Shown in pieces: positions 9,032 to 17,374 of a stretch of 40,615 nt of DNA. Every line of letters begins with the position of its first letter. Position 1 is the stretch's first letter. The notes under the pieces are model-generated. The model did no database searches. It was given only the letters and a program-made list of their open reading frames with translations, and was not told the origin of the DNA. The stretch comes from a virus (taxonomy: Duplodnaviria; Caudoviricetes). The stretch lies in the IMG/VR virus record IMGVR_UViG_3300035109_000021, positions 1-40,615 of that record; one strand, written 5' to 3'. The translations under genes and the position numbers were made by a program.

Positions 9032-9307
9032 TTAAGCTCTTTTTTTTAGCAGACGGCCCTCGGCTGGGAGACGTTTTTCCTCCCGGCCGGTCAATATGTA
9101 TTCGACGCTTCTTCCCACCACTCCCGCAAACCGTGGGATGAGATATTGCGGCATGGGAGAACGGCCCTCGTATTTCCGATAGCGATCGGGTGGGATGCCT
9201 AGAGCGATTGCCATTTGCTCGGCCGACCACGCTTTTTCCTCACGCAATCTCTTCACGCGCCCGCAGAAGGCGTCGTTGAAGATCAGTTCCTCGTTGCTCG
9301 TCGTCAT
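9032..9307 (-). CDS. Short XRE-family HTH phage repressor (CI-like, no peptidase domain)
   Basis: RVKRLREEKAWSAEQMAIALGI...YRKYE...VEYILTG; divergent from a Cro-like gene. Confidence 0.85.
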   Translation of the reverse strand: MTTSNEELIFNDAFCGRVKRLREEKAWSAEQMAIALGIPPDRYRKYEGRSPMPQYLIPRFAGVVGRSVEYILTGREEKRLPAEGRLLKKRA

Positions 9308-9317
9308 GCCGGGATTA

Positions 9318-9386
9318 TGGACAAAACGTCCACAGAATTGATTGGACATATTGGCCTTGACATTTTGGACAGTTTGTCCAATTAAT
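9318..9386 (+). promoter_or_regulatory. OR-like region: three operators (9319-9331, 9344-9356, 9367-9379) and PR with TTGACA at 9357-9362
   Basis: GGACAAAACGTCC, GGACATATTGGCC and GGACAGTTTGTCC palindromes at 25 and 23 bp spacing. Confidence 0.8.
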
Positions 9387-9392
9387 TTGCTC

Positions 9393-9617
9393 ATGGTCGA
9401 GAACGCTCTCACAAAGGACGTCGAAGCGAAGCTGCTCGATCTGGGCGCTTGCAAGACGAACATTTTCAAATGGCGCCGCCGCGGCGTGCCAGCCGCGTGG
9501 CGCCTCAAGCTGCTCGAAGCGGAGAGCCGCTCATCCTTCGGACCGCAGGGCGAAGTCGATGGGGCGTCTGGTGCTGCGTCGCCAGCCTCCCCTTTTCCGA
9601 CCGAGGCCGACGCATGA
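9393..9617 (+). CDS. Cro-like protein
   Basis: LGACKTNIFKWRRRGVPAAWR HTH; divergent from the repressor. Confidence 0.75.
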   Translation: MVENALTKDVEAKLLDLGACKTNIFKWRRRGVPAAWRLKLLEAESRSSFGPQGEVDGASGAASPASPFPTEADA

Positions 9618-9835
9618 TCTCGGAAATGTCGCCATTAAGTAGCGAGCTCTTCGCGGTCGAGCGCGGCGCGCGGCAATCCGTTCTGCTCGCCTTCCGCGTG
9701 GAGGGCGGCGAGAAGCTGGCGCTGCGCCTTTCGGTCGCCAACGCGCGCGCCCTGCTCGAAGCCATCGGCCATGTCGCCGATGGCCGCGCCCAGCGATCGT
9801 CCGTCAAGGGCCACGACGCCGAAGGGAAATCGTGA
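9614..9835 (+). CDS. Small hypothetical protein
   Basis: ATGA overlap with cro. Confidence 0.55.
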   Translation: MISEMSPLSSELFAVERGARQSVLLAFRVEGGEKLALRLSVANARALLEAIGHVADGRAQRSSVKGHDAEGKS

Positions 9836-9955
9836 TGAACTTCCTCGCCAATCCACTTTCGGAAGCCTGCCGAGCCTCTGAAGGGGAGGTTATTCTCTCC
9901 CCTCGCCTGCAGGCCGAAGTCTCCCGCATAGCATCTCGTCGCCGCTGGCGCTGGC

Positions 9956-10234
9956 TCAACTTCCCTTTCCCGGGCCGCTCGGTGCGGAAAGAAGATGCGT
10001 GGCCGGCTTTGCGAGTGACTGGGCAAGATCTAGAGCTTGGCCTGGAGTCAAGATCACTTGAATACTCCGGCCTCCCGTTTTCAGTTCCGCTGGCGTCTCT
10101 GCATAGTGAATCCGTAGCAACACGGACATTTGAGCCACGGAAGCTATGGTCCAGCACAGCACGGGGCGCGTCTTCACCGTGCCGTCTTTGTTCATTTCGA
10201 GATCGTCTTTGGCGGTTTGCAAAGGGTCTGACAT
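9956..10234 (-). CDS. BssS (YceP)-like small protein, antisense to the early operon
   Basis: TRPVLCWTI...LLRIHY...ILTPGQALDL resembles recalled E. coli BssS THPLVGWDI...MLRLHY...WLTTDVARQF. Confidence 0.65.
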   Translation of the reverse strand: MSDPLQTAKDDLEMNKDGTVKTRPVLCWTIASVAQMSVLLRIHYAETPAELKTGGRSIQVILTPGQALDLAQSLAKPATHLLSAPSGPGKGS

Positions 10235-10594
10235 GGTTTTCGCTCTCTTAGGGTTGGTCGCGCTCCCGATGATGGCGAAAGTCGCGGGGCGCGCAAGTGC
10301 TCCGCGACCACTCTCTTCGCGTGGCCTTTCCGTTCTTTGCCGCGCGTCGCGACTGGCCGCCGTAAGCGGCCCGGCTCTCTCGAGCCGATTCCTCCCTGAC
10401 TTCCCCGAGGCTTCGGCCTCGGGGCCTTTTGCGTCTCACGTTCATTGCGTCCCTCGGCGCGCGCCAACGCGCCGTCTCGTTTCGCCTCGTCAAAATTCCA
10501 TACCGATGCGGCGCGCCAACGCCGCGGCGGCGATCTGAGGTTCTATCGCGAAATGCGTCTCGTCGACGACTTCTCTCTCTCCGCAAGTCCCTCG

Positions 10595-11002
10595 ATGCAT
10601 GCAGCATCGGGGGTTTCGGTGGGAAAAGATTCGACGAAATTTGGAAAGTTTTCCGGAAACGCGCGAGCCTGTTCCCGAGCGCTCGATCGCGACGCCCGCG
10701 GGCGTCTCGGCGATTTCCTGCGGCGGGCGCATCCGTCGAAAACCTGTGAGAGCGTCGAGGGCCGCACTGGCGGCGCTATCGCCGCCGACCGCGTTCGCAA
10801 ATGGCTCGACGGCGCTGCGGCGCCCGACTTTTTTGCTCTGCTCCATTTGATCCGCGCTTACGGCGCGGATTTTCTCGTCTTCGTCATTGGCGGCGATGCG
10901 CCCGAGAGTCTGCTCGAGGCCGCTATCGCCGAACGTCGTGCGCGTTACCTCGAGAGTGTTCGTAAGCTCGAGGAAGACTTCGAGTCTCTGTCCAGTCGGT
11001 AA
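10595..11002 (+). CDS. CII-position HTH regulator (start uncertain)
   Basis: HPSKT...IAADRVRKWLDG..AP....L.LIRAYG..FL motif typical of alphaproteobacterial prophages. Confidence 0.65.
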   Translation: MHAASGVSVGKDSTKFGKFSGNARACSRALDRDARGRLGDFLRRAHPSKTCESVEGRTGGAIAADRVRKWLDGAAAPDFFALLHLIRAYGADFLVFVIGGDAPESLLEAAIAERRARYLESVRKLEEDFESLSSR

Positions 11003-11040
11003 TCCCGAGTTTCGACGTCACTCGAACGCGCGAGATCATA

Positions 11041-11376
11041 ATGCGCAAATTTTGGCTGCGCGCGGCTCTGGCCGCGTCGCTTTTGCGCGGCCTGTGCTTT
11101 GGCTGCGCCTTGGCCGTCTCATGGCCGTTCCGTTTCGCCGCGCGCAAGCTCGATGGCGTCGTCGTCGCTTGCCATGCGCATGCGCCCGCGATCTCCCGCG
11201 CCGATCGGCCGCCGGCGCCGGGCGCTATTTGGACTGTCGACGGGGTCCAGCAGCTCTCGCCGCAAGAGTATCGGGAGTGTCGCGATGCGATGGCGCGCCG
11301 CTATCGCGAGGCCGCGATCGGCCCTGCGCCGTGTGACGATATCGCCGCGCAATATATCGATGCGAGGTCGCTGTAA
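11041..11376 (+). CDS. Hypothetical protein
   Basis: 111-aa ORF coupled to the next gene (TAATG). Confidence 0.55.
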   Translation: MRKFWLRAALAASLLRGLCFGCALAVSWPFRFAARKLDGVVVACHAHAPAISRADRPPAPGAIWTVDGVQQLSPQEYRECRDAMARRYREAAIGPAPCDDIAAQYIDARSL

Positions 11377-11663
11377 TGCCGGCGCTCATGAGCGTCGACG
11401 GCGCGACGCTGCGCGAATTCATCGTGCGGATCGAACGCCTGAACGAAGAAAAGGCCGCGATCGGCGACGATATCAAAGACGTGTATGGCGAGGTCAAATC
11501 GGTCGGCTTCGATCCGAAGATCGTGCGCAAGATCATCGCGCTCCGCCGCGTCGACAAGAACAAGCGCGACGAAGAGGCGGAAATTCTCGACCTCTATTTG
11601 TCGGCGCTCGGCGATTTCATGGACACGCCGCTCGGCCAAGCCGCGAGGCGCGACGATGAGTGA
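11376..11663 (+). CDS. DUF2312 / GapR-like nucleoid-associated protein
   Basis: [46 protein letters not shown]...EEAEILDLY. Confidence 0.93.
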   Translation: MPALMSVDGATLREFIVRIERLNEEKAAIGDDIKDVYGEVKSVGFDPKIVRKIIALRRVDKNKRDEEAEILDLYLSALGDFMDTPLGQAARRDDE

Positions 11664-11907
11664 CCTCTTCGGCGGCGCAGCGCCGGCGCGAAGTCGATTT
11701 TCGCGACCTCCGAGTAGAGCGGAAAAATCGACTCCAACGATGACGCGCTCGGAAATCGTCGAGCGCTTCGGCGTCGCCGATCTCAAATCGCCGCGCGCGC
11801 ATTTGTGCTTTCGCTGCGGCGTTTCGACCGGGCTCGGATTCGGCAGTCTGCATCGCGGCGGAAAAATCGTCTTCGCATGCAAGAAACATTTCGGGGAGCT
11901 GCAATGA
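11656..11907 (+). CDS. Small zinc-finger-like protein
   Basis: HLCFRCG...GFG...CKKH. Confidence 0.65.
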   Translation: MSDLFGGAAPARSRFSRPPSRAEKSTPTMTRSEIVERFGVADLKSPRAHLCFRCGVSTGLGFGSLHRGGKIVFACKKHFGELQ

Positions 11908-12446
11908 GCACTCGCGGCGATTGGATTCAGACATACACGGGCAAGGCCTTCTATCCGCTCGACCCACGCCCGGAAGACGTCGACATTGTCGATATCGCCC
12001 ATGCGCTCGGCAATCTCTGCCGCTTCAACGGCCATTGTCTGCGCTTCTACAGCGTCGCCGAGCATAGCGTGCTGCTCTCGCGCGCCGTCACGCCGGAACA
12101 TGCTCTTTGGGCGCTGTTGCATGATGCGGCCGAGGCCTATCTCGCCGACGTGCCGCGCCCGACGAAGCGCATGTTGCCGACCTATGTCGACATGGAATCG
12201 CGCGTCATGTCGGCAATCGCCGCGCGCATCGGCCTCGCGGGCGATATCCCGCAGGCGGTCAAGGACGCCGATCTCCGCATTCTGACGGATGAGCGGTTGA
12301 AGATCATGGCGCCGCCGCCGCGACAATGGTCGACGGATGGTGTTCCGCTCGGCGTGCAAATCTGGGGATGGCCGCCGGATCGCGCGAAAGGCCAGTTTCT
12401 TCATGACTTCTGGAATCTCCACAGCGATGCGAGCGACTCTCCGTGA
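11904..12446 (+). CDS. HD-domain phosphohydrolase (YfdR/5'-deoxynucleotidase-like)
   Basis: IQTYTG, DIAHAL..LCRFNGH, YSVAEHS, ALLHDAAEAYL.D, VKDAD. Confidence 0.92.
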   Translation: MSTRGDWIQTYTGKAFYPLDPRPEDVDIVDIAHALGNLCRFNGHCLRFYSVAEHSVLLSRAVTPEHALWALLHDAAEAYLADVPRPTKRMLPTYVDMESRVMSAIAARIGLAGDIPQAVKDADLRILTDERLKIMAPPPRQWSTDGVPLGVQIWGWPPDRAKGQFLHDFWNLHSDASDSP

Positions 12447-13438
12447 CCGGGCTCATCCGATACGAGGCCGCCCGCGCAGCGCTCGCCGAGGCCTATCGCG
12501 TCGACGAAGCGAAAAAGATTCGCGATCAGGCCAAGGCGCTTCAAGAATATGCGCGCCAGGCGAAGGACGGCGATCTGATCGGCTGGGCGACGGAAATTCG
12601 ATTGCGCGCCGAGCGCAAGGCCGGCGAGCTGTTGCGGGGCATGGCTGAAACGGGCGAGCGCGCGCCGCAGGGCGGCGACCGAAAATCAAAATCACACGGC
12701 GCTATTTTGAAGCTCGCCGATCTCGGCGTGTCAGCGACGCAATCGAGCCGGTGGCAAAAGCTCGCCGAGCTGCCGAATGCGTCGTTCGAACGAAAGGTCG
12801 AGGCGGCGAAACGTGAAGTCGTGTCGTCATTGGAGATGACGCGCGAAGAGCGCCAGGCCGAAAAGAATGCGCGACGCGCCTCCCGCGAAACCGAACTCGG
12901 CGCGAAGCAACAGGCCTTGCCTGCGCGTAAATATGGCGTCGTCGTCGCGGACCCGGAATGGCGCTTCGAACCATGGTCGCGCGCGACGGGCATGGATCGC
13001 GCGCCCGACAATCATTATCCGACGTCTTGCCTAGAGGTCATCGCGGCGCGCGACGTCGCGTCGATCGCAGCCGACGATTGCGTCTTGTTCCTATGGGCGA
13101 CGGCTCCGATGCTGCCGCATGCGCTCGTCGTCATGGCGGCCTGGGGTTTCGATTACAAGAGTCATTACGTCTGGGGCAAGGACAAGATCGGGACCGGCTA
13201 TTGGGCGCGCGAGAAGCATGAGCTGCTGCTCGTCGGCGCGCGCGGCGGGATTCCGTGTCCCGCCATGGGGACGCAATGGGCTTCGCTGATCGAAGCGCCG
13301 CGCGCCGAGCATTCGGCGAAGCCCGAATGCTTCCTCGAAATGATCGAAGCTTACTTCCCGTCCTTGCCGAGGATCGAATTGAACCGACGCGGCGCTCCGC
13401 GGCCCGGGTGGGACGCCTGGGGGAATGAGACGTCATGA
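12443..13438 (+). CDS. MT-A70-family adenine methyltransferase with an N-terminal helical/HTH domain
   Basis: YGVVVADPEW, NHYPT, VLFLWAT, AWGFDYKS, GTGYW, HELLL, HSAKPE, RIEL, GWDAWGNE. Confidence 0.92.
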   Translation: MTGLIRYEAARAALAEAYRVDEAKKIRDQAKALQEYARQAKDGDLIGWATEIRLRAERKAGELLRGMAETGERAPQGGDRKSKSHGAILKLADLGVSATQSSRWQKLAELPNASFERKVEAAKREVVSSLEMTREERQAEKNARRASRETELGAKQQALPARKYGVVVADPEWRFEPWSRATGMDRAPDNHYPTSCLEVIAARDVASIAADDCVLFLWATAPMLPHALVVMAAWGFDYKSHYVWGKDKIGTGYWAREKHELLLVGARGGIPCPAMGTQWASLIEAPRAEHSAKPECFLEMIEAYFPSLPRIELNRRGAPRPGWDAWGNETS

Positions 13439-13983
13439 GCGCGCCGCGAAAGATCACGCTTTCCGAGCGCATGCATGCGGTCGACCGCGCGCATGCCGTT
13501 TTCGCCGGGGCCGAGCGCGCGCCGACGCGGGCGAGCGAACGAGATTATCTCGTCGACTGTCTGGCGGCGGCCTTCGCGTCGCTGCGCCTCCTCGCCGAGA
13601 ATGAGGATGATGTGCGCGCCTATATCGATCTGAGGAAGCGAGCGCGCGCGGCGGGCGCGGGTGCTAATGCGCCGCCGCCGGCGCGCGAAAGCGGCAAGCC
13701 TTGCGAGTTCCCGATCGCGCGGCGCGCGGCGATGCGCTGCGCCGAGGGCGCGTTTCAGAAATTCCTCGGCGTCGAAGCTGTCGGGATCGCGAAGGAAGGC
13801 CCAGCGGCCGCCGCGGCTGCGGCGGGCGCCGCCGCGGATGAGGTGCGGCGGCGCTGCATGGTCGAAAGCCGGCGGGACCTCGATCGCGATGTCGCCGCGC
13901 GCGAGCGCTGGAACATGCTCGAAGCGGAATTCTCGGGATGGCTGCGCTGCGCGGATGAAGGCGAAGGGGGCACCCCACAATGA
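13435..13983 (+). CDS. Hypothetical protein
   Basis: C-terminal AFQKFL...VRRRC.VESRRDLD...W motif; coupled to the MTase gene. Confidence 0.65.
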   Translation: MSAPRKITLSERMHAVDRAHAVFAGAERAPTRASERDYLVDCLAAAFASLRLLAENEDDVRAYIDLRKRARAAGAGANAPPPARESGKPCEFPIARRAAMRCAEGAFQKFLGVEAVGIAKEGPAAAAAAAGAAADEVRRRCMVESRRDLDRDVAARERWNMLEAEFSGWLRCADEGEGGTPQ

Positions 13984-14070
13984 GACGGAAGGTGATGGGC
14001 TGGCGCGGCTCTGCGATTTGCTATGATGACGGACGCGTCGATCACGCGACGCTGCAAAATGGAGGCGAGA

Positions 14071-14364
14071 GTGAGTTTCCAGACGAGCGCTTGGGCATTG
14101 GCGGCAGTGTTGCCGGAAAGCCCGACCCATATCCTCGACAAACTGTTTTTGATCATCGCGGCAGACATGGCTGGGCGGGACGGCAAAACGCTGCTGTGGT
14201 CCGTGGGGGAGCACGCTCATGCGATTACGGCGCTCGCAAATTCGATCAATATCCCGCATTCGACATGCGAGTCCTCATTCGACCGCCTCTTGCAAGCTGG
14301 ATATTTCAAGCTGACCGAGGTCGAAGATTTTGGGGCCGCTTATGTCATCGATCTGTCGAAATAG
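14071..14364 (+). CDS. Stand-alone HTH_36-like winged-helix protein
   Basis: GGAGG RBS plus GTG start; SFQTSAWAL...KLFLIIAADMA...STCESSFDRLLQAGYF. Confidence 0.6.
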   Translation: MSFQTSAWALAAVLPESPTHILDKLFLIIAADMAGRDGKTLLWSVGEHAHAITALANSINIPHSTCESSFDRLLQAGYFKLTEVEDFGAAYVIDLSK

Positions 14365-14404
14365 AGCTTAGCGCACGTCCCTTTCTATATGAGCGAGGGC
14401 TTCG

Positions 14405-15508
14405 ATGAGCTTCGAAGCCCTCGCCTGGTGCAATGACCTGCTCGACGCCGATCCCGAGGATGGCGTCGACCTCTCCGCCTCCGCCGCGAATGTTCTGCGC
14501 ATCATTTGCGAGGATGCGTGGAAGGATCGCGAACATGAATCCCTCATCAAGGCGGAGACGCTGGAACGGCGCACGCGGCTGAAATGGGACGCCATCGCCG
14601 CCGCCCTGAAAAAGCTGGAGGCGATGGGCCTCGTGTTCGTCTCGCGCCGCCGCGCGAGCGATGGGACGCGGCGACCGAACACCTATGTCGTGCTGATGAA
14701 CGAAAAGGCGCGAACCCACGCTAGCGCGCTGGGGTGGAGCGGCGACGCTTGTTCGGAAAAAAGAACGGGCGGCGAGGTCGGCGGACCCATCCACTCCGAT
14801 ATTTCCGGAGTGGACCAGTCCGTAAAAACACCCCTAGCCACTCCGGATTTACCCGAAAACCAGTCCGTAAATATCGGAGTGGCTCCTTATATACCCCTTA
14901 ATGATTCCCTTACTCCTCCCGTAACAGGCGCGCGGGGCGCGCGTGAGGAGGGGCAGGAGCTTTCCAGGACAAGCCGGGCGGAGGATCGAACGAACGCCGC
15001 CGATGCGCAGCGGCTCGAGCGCTGGACGGCTTTCGCGAAAATCTGGCCTTGGCGCCCCAACGAGCTGCAAGGCGAGGTGCGGGCGGTGTTCCTGTCCTTG
15101 CCCGTCGAGGATCAGCGCCAGGCGCTGGACGGCGCGCCGCGCTATTGGGCCGAGGCGCATGCGAACGGCGTGCGCAATCCCTGGCAGGCGCGGCGCTGGC
15201 TGCTCGGCGAAGGATGGAAATCGCTGAAGGCTCGCAGCGTCGAGAGCGCTGCGGCGCTGGGCGGCGCGCGCTTCAAGGTGATGTTCGGCACGGCGCAATT
15301 CTGGCGATGGCTGGAATATCACCACGCCGTAGGCGACGTGGCGCTGAAATGGCGCGACAGGCGCGACGGGAGCTTGTCGTCCGAGGGGCGCGAGAACGCC
15401 ATTCGCATGCCCCTGCTGTTCGATTTGCGCGGCGGCAAAGGCTTCTGGCGAGACACGGAATGGCCGCCACCCACGACTGCGCGACAGGGGCCGAAAGCGG
15501 CCGAATGA
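14405..15508 (+). CDS. Phage replication initiator (N-terminal wHTH, linker with iterons)
   Basis: MSFEALAW...LKKLEAMGLV...PNTY; C-terminal F.KIWP and W....WL..GW motifs. Confidence 0.75.
   Translation: MSFEALAWCNDLLDADPEDGVDLSASAANVLRIICEDAWKDREHESLIKAETLERRTRLKWDAIAAALKKLEAMGLVFVSRRRASDGTRRPNTYVVLMNEKARTHASALGWSGDACSEKRTGGEVGGPIHSDISGVDQSVKTPLATPDLPENQSVNIGVAPYIPLNDSLTPPVTGARGAREEGQELSRTSRAEDRTNAADAQRLERWTAFAKIWPWRPNELQGEVRAVFLSLPVEDQRQALDGAPRYWAEAHANGVRNPWQARRWLLGEGWKSLKARSVESAAALGGARFKVMFGTAQFWRWLEYHHAVGDVALKWRDRRDGSLSSEGRENAIRMPLLFDLRGGKGFWRDTEWPPPTTARQGPKAAE
14791..14882. repeat. Iteron cluster / probable replication origin
   Basis: CCACTCCG-atatttc-CGGAGTGG (14791-14813), ACCAGTCCGTAAA twice (14814, 14859), CCACTCCGG (14838), ATCGGAGTGG ending 14882, then an AT-rich tract. 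Confidence 0.7.
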
Positions 15509-15549
15509 GCGTGCGTTCTTCGGGGATTGGTCGGCGGCGAGGCGAGACG

Positions 15550-16077
15550 ATGACGGGCTGGGAAGACGCGCGCTGGTATGTGATCGAATGCTATCCGGGC
15601 AAGGATTTCGATGTTTGCCGGCGGCTCGCGCATACGGGTTATGAGCTTTGGCGGCCGATGAAGAAAGCCTCGACGACGCTTCGCGAGGGCGGAGCGCGCA
15701 ACAGGCATTACCGCAGCGTTCCGCGCTTCGGCCGCTATGTGTTCTTGCACGAATCGCTGAGTCCATCGCGGCGCTTCGCGATATCCACTGAGATCGGCGT
15801 GCGCGGCTTTCTGAAGCGCGCGGGCTCGGACGAGCCGGCGATCGTGCCGGATGAATGGATGGATTTCCTGCGCTACGGCAAGGCTATCGTCGACCGGCGC
15901 GGCGTGGCGTTCGTGGTCGGAATGGCGGTGCGCATCAATGCCGGTCCTTTGGTCGGTCGCGAGGGCGTCGTCAATGCCATTGACGACGGCGGCCCCATGA
16001 CGATAGGACTCGCATCATTCGGGCGCCTGATCATCGAGTCGGGCTATCTCGATCCGCTGGTGCTATGCTGCCCGTAA
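15550..16077 (+). CDS. NusG/RfaH-family transcription antiterminator
   Basis: RWYVIECYPG, WRPM, PRFGRYVF, GVRGFL, PAIVPD, KOW GMAVRINAGPLVGREGVV. Confidence 0.88.
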   Translation: MTGWEDARWYVIECYPGKDFDVCRRLAHTGYELWRPMKKASTTLREGGARNRHYRSVPRFGRYVFLHESLSPSRRFAISTEIGVRGFLKRAGSDEPAIVPDEWMDFLRYGKAIVDRRGVAFVVGMAVRINAGPLVGREGVVNAIDDGGPMTIGLASFGRLIIESGYLDPLVLCCP

Positions 16078-16232
16078 GGGATGTGCGTCCGAGGCGACGA
16101 GAGACATAGCACGAACCAAAGGCACTCCGGCGCCATCGCCAAAGCCGGAGACGCGAGCCCTGGTGCTATGCCACAGGCGTCCGAGGGGCAGACGTGAGCA
16201 ACCCGCAAAGCGGGCAAGTGCGAAGCTATGCC
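16071..16232 (+). ncRNA. Putative structured late-leader RNA
   Basis: Nested stems CATAGCAC/GTGCTATG, CTCCGGC/GCCGGAG, CCCGC-aaa-GCGGG and CCC-GTAA-GGG in the nusG-HNH gap. Confidence 0.45.
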
Positions 16233-16264
16233 GATCTCCCCAGCCCCAGGACAGCCCTCCTCCC

Positions 16265-16633
16265 ATGGCCATGAGACCAGCCGTCGCCGGCCGGCCGCGC
16301 TCCGCCGCCACCGCAATTGCCAGAGTGGCGCAGCCGCAGGCGGATGCCGAGTATGACCGTCGCCGCCGTGACTCGTCGCCCTGGCGGGCGTGGTATGGCA
16401 CGGCGCGATGGCGCTCGAAGCGCGCGGCGCAGCTCGCCGATGAGCCGTTGTGCCGTAGCTGCGCCGCCGATGGCCGAGTGACGGCGGCGAGAGTATGCGA
16501 CCACGTCGAGCCGCATCGCGGCGACCCGCGCAAGTTCTGGGATGGCGCGACGCAATCGCTCTGCGACAACTGCCACAACGCCGCCAAGCAGCGCGAGGAG
16601 CGCGTCTCCCTCCGCGATCCCTCTCGCGCGTAG
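16265..16633 (+). CDS. Packaging-associated HNH endonuclease
   Basis: WYGTARW, EPLCRSC, VCDHVEPHRGD..FWD...QSLCDNCHN..KQ. Confidence 0.92.
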   Translation: MAMRPAVAGRPRSAATAIARVAQPQADAEYDRRRRDSSPWRAWYGTARWRSKRAAQLADEPLCRSCAADGRVTAARVCDHVEPHRGDPRKFWDGATQSLCDNCHNAAKQREERVSLRDPSRA

Positions 16634-16752
16634 CGCCGTCCCGCCCCAGGGTGGGGGGCGGTCAAATCTTACAGCCACCCCCGCCGCGACCGGTGCCTTA
16701 GCTCGGCGAAAAATGCCGCGATATTCTGGAAACTTTTTTTGTTCGATGGGGA
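16634..16752. other. Probable cos packaging region
   Basis: GGGGGGCGGTCAAATCT...GACCGGTG between HNH and terS, the usual cos location. Confidence 0.55.
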
Positions 16753-17373
16753 ATGATGGGCCGCCGACCTGATACGCCGCGCATGCAAGCCGCGAAGGGC
16801 GCTCCGAGCAAACGCATGTCCAAAGCGGACCGCGCGCTCGCCGAGGCCGAGCGTTTGGCGAGCGTCATCGCGGTGGCGCCGGCCGAGTCGAGCGACCCTT
16901 TCGCGCCGCCTGTCATGCTGCTCGACGAGCGGCTGAAGCCGGCGCTCGCCGTCTGGCGCGACCTCGCCGTCGAGCTGCGCGATCTCCACATCGTCAAGAG
17001 CCTCGACCGCTACACCTTCGCGGTCCTCTGCATCTCGATCGCCGACTATTTTGCCGCCGTCGACAACATCCTGGTCAATGGCGCGCAATATTGGGCGAAG
17101 ACGCATGGCGGGAACAAAATGCTGCGCGTCAATCCCGCGGTCGCGATCAAAGAGCGCCTCGGCAAGTTCATCTTCGACGCCGCCGCCGAATTCGCGCTCT
17201 CGCCGATGCGCCGCTACGCGCTCCTCCGCGAGCAATCGCAATGTGGCGGCGGCCCGCGCCCCGGCGCCGGCGACCGCATGCCGGAGACGTCCAAGCCCGG
17301 CGCCCGCGACGACGAGGATCTGATTGGTCTCGCCTCGCGCTGCGGCTCTAAACCGCCGATGACGCTGCAATAG
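16753..17373 (+). CDS. terS: Terminase small subunit (P27-like)
   Basis: MGRRP..P...KG.P, W..L..EL, D...F..LC, NPAV, EFALSP..R. Confidence 0.88.
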   Translation: MMGRRPDTPRMQAAKGAPSKRMSKADRALAEAERLASVIAVAPAESSDPFAPPVMLLDERLKPALAVWRDLAVELRDLHIVKSLDRYTFAVLCISIADYFAAVDNILVNGAQYWAKTHGGNKMLRVNPAVAIKERLGKFIFDAAAEFALSPMRRYALLREQSQCGGGPRPGAGDRMPETSKPGARDDEDLIGLASRCGSKPPMTLQ

Positions 17374-17374
17374 A

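Noticed and set aside
9832-10251. 139-aa plus-strand ORF
   Set aside because: Overlaps the better-supported BssS-like gene; composition is not protein-like
15049-15549. Long N-terminal extension of the NusG ORF
   Set aside because: Overlaps the initiator in another frame; the NusG domain begins near 15550
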